DNA of 64,000 nucleotides from Escherichia coli (GTDB lineage Bacteria; Pseudomonadota; Gammaproteobacteria; Enterobacterales; Enterobacteriaceae): NCBI RefSeq assembly GCF_041886205.1, contig NZ_CP169029.1; one strand, 5' to 3'. Shown piece by piece: positions 56,010 to 64,000 of this stretch (position 1 is its first letter; each line of letters starts with the position of its first letter). The notes under the pieces were generated by a model. It saw only the letters and a program-made list of their open reading frames with translations, ran no database searches and was not told where the DNA came from. The position numbers and the translations under genes were made by a program.

Positions 56010-58454
56010 ATGATGATTTTGAGTATTCTCGCTACGGTTGTCCTGCTCGGCGCGTTGTTCTATCACCGCGTGAGCTTATTTATCAGCAGTCTGATTTTGC
56101 TCGCCTGGACAGCCGCCCTCGGCGTTGCTGGTCTGTGGTCGGCGTGGGTACTGGTGCCTCTGGCCATTATCCTCGTGCCATTTAACTTTGCGCCTATGCG
56201 TAAGTCGATGATTTCCGCGCCGGTATTTCGCGGTTTCCGTAAGGTGATGCCGCCGATGTCGCGCACTGAGAAAGAAGCGATTAATGCGGGCACCACCTGG
56301 TGGGAGGGCGACTTGTTCCAGGGCAAGCCGGACTGGAAAAAGCTGCATAACTATCCGCAGCCGCGCCTGACCGCCGAAGAGCAAGCGTTTCTCGACGGCC
56401 CGGTAGAAGAAGCCTGCCGGATGGCGAATGATTTCCAGATTACTCATGAGCTGGCGGATCTGCCGCCGGAGTTGTGGGCGTACCTTAAAGAGCATCGCTT
56501 CTTCGCGATGATTATCAAAAAAGAGTACGGCGGACTGGAGTTCTCAGCTTATGCCCAGTCTCGCGTGCTGCAAAAACTCTCCGGCGTGAGCGGGATCCTG
56601 GCGATTACCGTCGGCGTGCCGAACTCATTAGGCCCGGGCGAACTGTTGCAACATTACGGCACTGACGAGCAGAAAGATCACTATCTGCCGCGTCTGGCGC
56701 GTGGTCAGGAGATCCCCTGCTTTGCACTGACCAGCCCGGAAGCGGGTTCCGATGCGGGCGCGATTCCGGACACCGGGATTGTCTGCATGGGCGAATGGCA
56801 GGGCCAGCAGGTGCTGGGGATGCGTCTGACCTGGAACAAACGCTACATTACGCTGGCACCGATTGCGACCGTGCTTGGGCTGGCGTTTAAACTCTCCGAC
56901 CCGGAAAAATTACTCGGCGGTGCAGAAGATTTAGGCATTACCTGTGCGCTGATCCCAACCACCACGCCGGGCGTGGAAATTGGTCGTCGCCACTTCCCGC
57001 TGAACGTACCGTTCCAGAACGGACCGACGCGCGGTAAAGATGTCTTCGTGCCGATCGATTACATCATCGGCGGGCCGAAAATGGCCGGGCAAGGCTGGCG
57101 GATGCTGGTGGAGTGCCTCTCGGTAGGCCGCGGCATCACCCTGCCTTCCAACTCAACCGGCGGCGTGAAATCGGTAGCGCTGGCAACCGGCGCGTATGCT
57201 CACATTCGCCGTCAGTTCAAAATCTCTATTGGTAAGATGGAAGGGATTGAAGAGCCGCTGGCGCGTATTGCCGGTAATGCCTACGTGATGGATGCTGCGG
57301 CATCGCTGATTACCTACGGCATTATGCTCGGCGAAAAACCTGCCGTGCTGTCGGCTATCGTTAAGTATCACTGTACCCACCGCGGGCAGCAGTCGATTAT
57401 TGATGCGATGGATATTACCGGCGGTAAAGGCATTATGCTCGGGCAAAGCAACTTCCTGGCGCGTGCTTACCAGGGCGCACCGATTGCCATCACCGTTGAA
57501 GGGGCTAACATTCTGACCCGCAGCATGATGATCTTCGGACAAGGAGCGATTCGTTGCCATCCGTACGTGCTGGAAGAGATGGAAGCGGCGAAGAACAATG
57601 ACGTCAACGCGTTCGATAAACTGTTGTTCAAACATATCGGTCACGTCGGTAGCAACAAAGTTCGCAGCTTCTGGCTGGGCCTGACGCGCGGTTTAACCAG
57701 CAGCACGCCAACCGGCGATGCCACTAAACGCTACTATCAGCACCTGAACCGCCTGAGCGCCAACCTCGCCCTGCTTTCTGATGTCTCGATGGCTGTGCTG
57801 GGCGGCAGCCTGAAACGTCGCGAGCGCATCTCGGCCCGTCTGGGGGATATTTTAAGCCAGCTCTACCTCGCCTCTGCCGTGCTGAAGCGTTATGACGACG
57901 AAGGCCGTAATGAAGCCGACCTGCCGCTGGTGCACTGGGGCGTACAAGATGCGCTGTATCAGGCTGAACAGGCGATGGATGATTTACTGCAAAACTTCCC
58001 GAACCGCGTGGTTGCCGGGCTGCTGAATGTGGTGATCTTCCCGACCGGACGTCATTATCTGGCACCTTCTGACAAGCTGGATCATAAAGTGGCGAAGATT
58101 TTACAAGTGCCGAACGCCACCCGTTCCCGCATTGGTCGCGGTCAGTACCTGACGCCGAGCGAGCATAATCCGGTTGGCTTGCTGGAAGAGGCGCTGGTGG
58201 ATGTGATTGCCGCCGACCCAATTCATCAGCGGATCTGTAAAGAGCTGGGTAAAAACCTGCCGTTTACCCGTCTGGATGAACTGGCGCACAACGCGCTGGT
58301 GAAGGGGCTGATTGATAAAGATGAAGCCGCTATTCTGGTGAAAGCTGAAGAAAGCCGTCTGCGCAGTATTAACGTTGATGACTTTGATCCGGAAGAGCTG
58401 GCGACGAAGCCGGTAAAGTTGCCGGAGAAAGTGCGGAAAGTTGAAGCCGCGTAA
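56010..58454 (+). CDS. fadE: acyl-CoA dehydrogenase
   Basis: Track ORF starts at TTG 55932; start placed at ATG 56010 ([19 protein letters not shown]...), 814 aa. Confidence 0.95.
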   Translation: MMILSILATVVLLGALFYHRVSLFISSLILLAWTAALGVAGLWSAWVLVPLAIILVPFNFAPMRKSMISAPVFRGFRKVMPPMSRTEKEAINAGTTWWEGDLFQGKPDWKKLHNYPQPRLTAEEQAFLDGPVEEACRMANDFQITHELADLPPELWAYLKEHRFFAMIIKKEYGGLEFSAYAQSRVLQKLSGVSGILAITVGVPNSLGPGELLQHYGTDEQKDHYLPRLARGQEIPCFALTSPEAGSDAGAIPDTGIVCMGEWQGQQVLGMRLTWNKRYITLAPIATVLGLAFKLSDPEKLLGGAEDLGITCALIPTTTPGVEIGRRHFPLNVPFQNGPTRGKDVFVPIDYIIGGPKMAGQGWRMLVECLSVGRGITLPSNSTGGVKSVALATGAYAHIRRQFKISIGKMEGIEEPLARIAGNAYVMDAAASLITYGIMLGEKPAVLSAIVKYHCTHRGQQSIIDAMDITGGKGIMLGQSNFLARAYQGAPIAITVEGANILTRSMMIFGQGAIRCHPYVLEEMEAAKNNDVNAFDKLLFKHIGHVGSNKVRSFWLGLTRGLTSSTPTGDATKRYYQHLNRLSANLALLSDVSMAVLGGSLKRRERISARLGDILSQLYLASAVLKRYDDEGRNEADLPLVHWGVQDALYQAEQAMDDLLQNFPNRVVAGLLNVVIFPTGRHYLAPSDKLDHKVAKILQVPNATRSRIGRGQYLTPSEHNPVGLLEEALVDVIAADPIHQRICKELGKNLPFTRLDELAHNALVKGLIDKDEAAILVKAEESRLRSINVDDFDPEELATKPVKLPEKVRKVEAA

Positions 58455-58463
58455 ATGAATAAC

Positions 58464-58487
58464 GGAGCCGAAAGGCTCCGTTTCTTT
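58464..58487 (+). terminator. rho-independent terminator of fadE (also abuts convergent ivy)
   Basis: GGAGCC-GAAA-GGCTCC followed by GTTTCTTT, 10 nt after the fadE stop. Confidence 0.75.
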
Positions 58488-58496
58488 ATCCGCTAA

Positions 58497-58970
58497 TTAT
58501 TTAAAATTAAAGCCATCCGGATGGTTTTCCAGGCTGCCGGTCAACGCCGCGAACAACACCGTTTTACCATCAATCGAAAGCGCATCGTTCACATTCAGCC
58601 AGGTGAGTTTCTCTTGCGACGTTTTCTCATCAATAGTCGAGAACAGCCCCGTCATCTGATTAGATTTCTCGGACCACATCACAGCGATACGTTGCGAGCC
58701 ACAGTCATGCGGTTTGCACGCGCTCATCACCTGATACGTCTCATCTCCCAACGTTACGGTTTGTGCGGGAGTATAAGTACCGCCTTTCATCACCCAGGCA
58801 GGCAGCTTATGCCCTTGTACCATCTGATTAAATGCAGCTTTGGTGGTTTCGCCCTTTGCAAGGCTGCTAATGGTTAAATCATCCTGCGCCATTGCACTGG
58901 TGGCGATGACCAGAGCGGCGACTGTCGTTATTGCCTTAAACATCATTCCTCCCGAGCTTATCCTGCCCAT
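58497..58970 (-). CDS. ivy: inhibitor of vertebrate lysozyme
   Basis: 157-aa ORF with signal peptide; CKPHDCG motif. Confidence 0.93.
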   Translation of the reverse strand: MGRISSGGMMFKAITTVAALVIATSAMAQDDLTISSLAKGETTKAAFNQMVQGHKLPAWVMKGGTYTPAQTVTLGDETYQVMSACKPHDCGSQRIAVMWSEKSNQMTGLFSTIDEKTSQEKLTWLNVNDALSIDGKTVLFAALTGSLENHPDGFNFK

Positions 58971-59123
58971 GTTATTAACCTCCTAAAGCCTGGCGATAAC
59001 ACGATAATTTGCAAATCAGATATTTCCAATATCAGCATTTGTTATCAATTTATTCTGCGCTAAGGCAACTGCCTGATAAGGTGTTAAAGTTATAAAACCC
59101 TTCGCATAAAGGAGTTGTACACC

Positions 59124-59891
59124 GTGCCTGGTTTGAAGATTACGCTTTTGCAGCAACCACTGGTGTGGATGGATGGTCCTGCCAACCTGCGTCATTTTGA
59201 TCGTCAACTGGAAGGTATTACCGGGCGCGATGTGATCGTTCTACCGGAGATGTTTACCAGCGGCTTTGCCATGGAAGCGGCAGCTTCGTCGCTAGCACAA
59301 GATGACGTAGTGAACTGGATGACAGCTAAGGCGCAGCAGTGCAATGCGCTGATTGCAGGCAGTGTTGCATTACAAACGGAGTCTGGTTCGGTTAACCGCT
59401 TTTTGCTGGTTGAGCCGGGCGGCACGGTACATTTTTATGATAAGCGTCATCTGTTCCGCATGGCAGATGAGCATCTACATTATAAAGCGGGCAATGCGCG
59501 AGTGATTGTGGAATGGCGCGGCTGGCGTATTTTGCCGCTGGTGTGCTACGACTTACGTTTTCCTGTGTGGTCGCGCAATCTCAACGATTATGACCTCGCC
59601 CTGTACGTCGCCAACTGGCCTGCTCCGCGCTCTCTGCACTGGCAGGCATTGCTGACGGCCCGCGCGATTGAGAATCAGGCGTATGTGGCGGGATGCAATC
59701 GCGTCGGCAGCGATGGCAACGGCTGCCATTATCGCGGTGACAGCCGGGTGATTAATCCACAAGGCGAGATTATCGCTACTGCCGACGCGCATCAGGCAAC
59801 GCGCATTGATGCCGAGCTGTCGATGGCGGTGTTAAGGGAATATCGCGATAAGTTTCCGGCATGGCGGGATGCGGATGAGTTTAGGTTGTAG
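59124..59891 (+). CDS. yafV: nitrilase-superfamily omega-amidase, GTG start
   Basis: Track ORF starts at TTG 59115; start placed at GTG 59124, 9 nt after SD AAAGGAG ((M)PGLKITLLQQPLVW...). Confidence 0.88.
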   Translation: MPGLKITLLQQPLVWMDGPANLRHFDRQLEGITGRDVIVLPEMFTSGFAMEAAASSLAQDDVVNWMTAKAQQCNALIAGSVALQTESGSVNRFLLVEPGGTVHFYDKRHLFRMADEHLHYKAGNARVIVEWRGWRILPLVCYDLRFPVWSRNLNDYDLALYVANWPAPRSLHWQALLTARAIENQAYVAGCNRVGSDGNGCHYRGDSRVINPQGEIIATADAHQATRIDAELSMAVLREYRDKFPAWRDADEFRL

Positions 59892-60113
59892 TGAGTGGGG
59901 GCTGTATTTAGGGCGGGGAATTCAGAAAGGGATGTTTAGTGTGCTGAGCGAGAGTTAAATAATAAAAAACTGGAAGATTTAATAATCCCCCCGCAGGGCA
60001 AGAGCATGAATTAAATTTGTGTTAAATTTTTCATTTTATCAGTTCGAAACCCAAGCTCTGAGCAGGATGCAAGCACTTCTTCTATATAACATGTGTTTAA
60101 CGCCAGGGCAAGA

Positions 60114-61255
60114 TTACGAAAGCCCGCTCCCCGCAAGGACTGACGCCAGATAGTTTCTGTCCATGGCTGCTTTTCGCATCTTACGTCTTAACCCTGCCTT
60201 GAATACCTTATCATTCGTCAAAATATTAATAGCAATGTGCCGTATCCCTGAAAATAATTCTGCTGCATTTCCTCTTCTTATTTTGCAGTCGTCTTCATTC
60301 ATTACCACGTCCAGACGCCAGTGCAGCTTATTCTCCACGTGCCAGTGATTTCGGATTGCTGTGGCGAACTTTTCAGCGGTTAAATCAGCAGAACTGATAT
60401 AATATCTGACCGTCATTTCTGGCTCTTTCTTTTGTTCTGCTATTATGGACCGAAAGGAGACTGCCACGCATAATTTCTTCAGCCCTTTCCATTCAAACGT
60501 GAAATCAATAAGTTCATCAGGGACATCGCAAACAATATGAAGACGGATTTCTTCTCTGCCGTGACTCTTTTCACTAATTGCGTAACTGTCATGCTCTGGA
60601 TTATTTAATTCTTTCAGCGGAAATCTCTCCTCAAAGGCTTTATTTAGCCGCCCCTGGTTTCCTTTTACCGCGAATAAATAATCACCTCCCTGTTTTTGTA
60701 TCTTCTCTGCAATATCTTTCTGGCAACCCATCGCATCAGTTGTGATGATTTTTCCTTTAATATCCAGCATGTTTAAGAAGTTCTGGGATAGCTGTAATCT
60801 CATTAGATTTCTCATCCGTCCTGATCTGTCCGATGACCAGACTGTGCATTGTTGAGAACGCACTAATGACATGAATCGCTCCCCTGCGGCGACTCTTGTC
60901 ATAAATGTGCCGGAAGTGTTTTCCCATCAATTGCGATGACGTCTTTATCATCTGAAGAATGGCAGCTCACGCATCCAGTTAATAAAGCACTCAGTGAAAT
61001 TTTCCAGGACTGATACAGGATACAACTCTGGCAATAGTATCGTGAACAGGAATACCATTTTCAAAATCACCATATTGCTTCAAGAAATCGAGACGTGTTT
61101 CCCCGAAATCCTCCATATCTTCCCAACTTTCTGCACCAGAAATAACGGCACAACACAGTCAACAGTAGGATGTCCGGACGATTTATGCTCCACTTTCCAG
61201 GCTCGTACTCTAATGGGGACAGACAGCAAATATGTTCCATCAATTGTTCAAGTTC
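60114..61255 (-). pseudogene. ISAs1-family (H-repeat-associated) transposase gene, near full length but disrupted by several frameshifts
   Basis: Fragments in three frames (MEHI...DILLLT; [34 protein letters not shown]; [45 protein letters not shown]; [22 protein letters not shown]...[10 protein letters not shown]...) that are collinear with what I recall of an ISAs1 transposase; upper boundary approximate. Confidence 0.8.
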
Positions 61256-61538
61256 CAGTTGGTTCTACCTTAATTATGTAAGGAGTATGTTGATCATGTA
61301 TAAGCTATAAAACAGCTTCAGGTAATGAGGAAGTATCTCAATTCTGAATACCTAGAATGCGAAGTATTTAGTACAAAAAAGTGAGCGTCTGACGTGATGC
61401 CTGTGTCCTAGGCGCAGCCCTTCTTTCTTTTCCTCTTCACCCTTGATGTCTTGGCAATCCCTTGGTAAATTCAGTGCCATCTTCTTTATTCCAAGTGTTA
61501 TTTAGGCTGCGTTTCCTCTTCTTATCCGGCTGGCATCT

Positions 61539-62429
61539 TCATTGATTTTCTACATATCTAACACCCAATGAAGACTGTGCTGATTCAACCAGTGCGCTCT
61601 GAGAGCACGTGCAAGTTCTCCACGCATCCATATCCTTTGATGAAATATAATATCTGATGCCCACACCTTCTGCTGATTTATCTTCTTTCTTCTGCCTGAA
61701 TGACAATGCTACACAAGAGCTTTTCAATCTCTTCCATTCTAATTCAAAGTCACAAAAGTTCAGGTCATGATACTGACAATATGCAAACGTGCACCACTTC
61801 TTCCATGCCTTGTCTCCTGGGAATTACGGGCTGCCTTTGTAATCAGAAAACACGTTCACAGGCAATTTTTCCTCGAACGCACGAGGCGATTTCCCTGATT
61901 CGCCTTATTTACTGCCAGAGATGATCTGCTATTTAATCATGTCTATAGCTATCGAAGCGACAGCTTCTAGACAGCCCATAGCAGTCAGTGGTCATCGAAT
62001 TGTTGAACTTAAAATACGAGTTAGGTTAGTAGCAACTCTGGAAGTGGCTGTAATCATCATTACTTTCGGCCTCCGAATGCCACCTGCCCCAGTACAACAC
62101 CTATTTCCGTTCGAGATATGCACTTTCACCATATGCGATTGCTCCTTTTCGTTTTCCCTCAGGAAGTAGTCTTTAACTGCTCTTCCATCTATTGCTGTAA
62201 TTTCACCATCAGTGATTTCATGGCACTCCTGTATCCATTCAATAAACATCTTTTCAAAGGCCAAGACTGTCAATGTTGCTCGCGACGCGTGCAATGCTGT
62301 CATTCGACCGTAATGCCATTGATCAAAATCACCATATTTCTTTAGCCATTCAAGTCTTTCATGTCCAAGATCTGCATTTTCTTTACCCGCATTGGCACCT
62401 GCCAACAACTGCACATACGGTGAGAACAA
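61539..62429 (-). pseudogene. second, more divergent and internally decayed H-repeat (ISAs1-like) transposase remnant
   Basis: 145-aa fragment (...LEWLKKYGDFDQW...ITAIDGRAVKDYF...) resembles the ISAs1 N-terminal region; 62-aa fragment (...VGIRYYISSKDMDAWR...) resembles its C-terminal region. Confidence 0.6.
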
Positions 62430-63422
62430 ATAGCAGATACTTTATGTTGATAGACCGTACCTTGTCGTCGTATATCAGGGACTTACTGAAAACCGATCAA
62501 AGCAAACTTTGAGTAACACTCGCCTGCGTCCATTTTTTCTAGCTGTATTCATCAACTCCTGCAACGATATCACCTGTATGGCGTTGAAGCCCAAGATGAA
62601 GGCGTCGTGATCCACGATCGCGAATTTCAAGTATTTCGCCCCGTCCCTTGCGCTCGTGACTTTCTGTATGTATTTCATGTTTTACCCAGTTCTGGTGTTG
62701 TCCAATAATGACCATCCACCGATCCAGTCAAAAACTTCATTTTTCAAATTGATACCATAACAATCAACATCGTAATGGTCTCCATAATTAATTATTTAAC
62801 AACTAGCCAACACGTTTTGATCATCAAAATAGCACCCGTTAGCGAAAGTAGCGCAGAACAATCCATAATCTCCAGTTTGCTAATGTTTCGCAATCGCACG
62901 CTATAAAGAATATCACCGAAAAAACTAACGATTTATATCAACCACTCCAGCAGAGCGACCTGAAACTCTTAACCATTATACTTATAAAATGACCATTCCC
63001 TCGACTAGTTCTCTGGTCATTAATTATTGCATAAATAATATTCACCCAGAAACATCTATCTCAACTGCTCGTTGCTGGCCCATGTCCGGTAAATATGATG
63101 TCTGGGAATTTGAATAGGGTATCAAGCCCAAAGGTAAAACAAATAAACCAGGTGGTAATTGAGAAGATGGCCAAGTTTGCCTCTGGTAATTCAAGTGTCT
63201 GAACTCCCTTGCTTTGCTTTCATTGGATTATCTGCATCCCTGGCCACCCCAACCCGTGGAGTCGCCCAGTGGCGTATTTTTCAATACGTGCATCGCTACA
63301 TTTGGCAGAAAAATCGCCACAAGCAATACCTGACAGTGTTATTTTCAGATTGATGATTCTGTCTGTAGCTGGGCGTAACCCTGTCTATCCCTGCAGCTGA
63401 TGATTTTGACCTATCATGTTAG

Positions 63423-64000
63423 CTATTGTCGCATCCAACTGGCCTGGTCAATCGACGCATCAAGTGGCAATGTCTCAATTGCATCGGCGGCCCCATTATG
63501 AGCTCCGCCAACAATAGCATCCATGGCATAACCGGGCTGGTAGGCGCTGTTAGTAATGCGGTCTGCAGCAATCAATCCAGGTACACCAGATACGGCATAA
63601 ATTAGTCCACCTGATGTCCATATTTCGATCGCATCTAGCCCCATTGGGTCTATCAAACTGCACCGGATTTCAGCGGATACTGATACAAATTCCATCCCCC
63701 CTTCAGCCCAATCGGATCCTGAGTGATATACCTCCCCTGCAGCGGGTCATAATAGCGGTGGCGGTTGTAATACAGGCCGGACTCCTCATCATACTGCTGC
63801 CCCGGCAGGCGGATAAGCTGCTGCAGGCTGATGCGGGTTCTCTTCATTCAGCAGGTTGCCCCATTCATCGTATTCTGCGCACCACGCTGTTGCCCCTTCC
63901 GTGCTGATAAGCGCCAGCGGCAGGCCGCGATGGTCGCAGTGGTACAGGTGGATTTTTCGCGCCGGCGTGTACACCGGGTCCATCTGGTTTTGCATCTGCT
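63423..64000 (-). pseudogene. Rhs protein 3' end (core end plus C-terminal tip), frame-disrupted; 5' part beyond window end
   Basis: Rhs core-end motifs [42 protein letters not shown] / [51 protein letters not shown] / (W)IDPMGL split over three track ORFs in two frames. Confidence 0.8.

Noticed and set aside
60994-61281. 95-aa plus-strand ORF
   Set aside because: Antisense to the N-terminal region of the frame-disrupted ISAs1 transposase gene, whose minus-strand translation ([27 protein letters not shown]...) is clearly the real coding signal.
63159-63400. Plus-strand ORFs 63159..63353 and 63209..63400 as a possible Rhs immunity gene
   Set aside because: Wrong strand relative to the Rhs gene, overlapping each other, no SD; immunity genes follow the toxin on the same strand.

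Overview
This window reads as an Escherichia coli-type chromosomal segment, largely syntenic (in reverse orientation) with the K-12 prp-yah-bet ... thrW-proAB-phoE-crl-frsA-gpt-pepD-dinB-fadE-yafV region, but it departs from the K-12 arrangement at several accessory loci. All K-12 comparisons are from memory, and all family assignments are by eye from the translations; no search was run. Core content: prpE(partial)DCB and prpR, yahO through yahB, betTIBA, tRNA-Thr thrW, proAB, phoE, crl, frsA, gpt, pepD, prfH, an RtcB homologue, yafP, dinB, Flag-2 remnants, rayT, yafL, yafK, yafJ, gmhA, fadE, ivy and yafV. The most interesting locus is an AT-rich two-ORF cassette of unrecognised function (36005-37205) lying between thrW and an IS1 copy that sits on a deletion junction; I put it forward as a candidate conflict or defence module, not a demonstrated one. 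Other accessory features are an LsrB-like sugar ABC transporter inserted between yahK and yahJ, a truncated autotransporter where K-12 has yahA, an apparently intact rtcB-prfH pair, absence of the yafNO and dinJ-yafQ toxin-antitoxin modules, and a decayed Rhs / H-repeat tail at the window end. Single-base indels recur in the Rhs, H-repeat and possibly cassette ORFs, so sequencing artefact versus genuine decay needs read-level checking. Gene starts were placed by me where the ORF track began at an upstream alternative start; regulatory sites are motif matches only.
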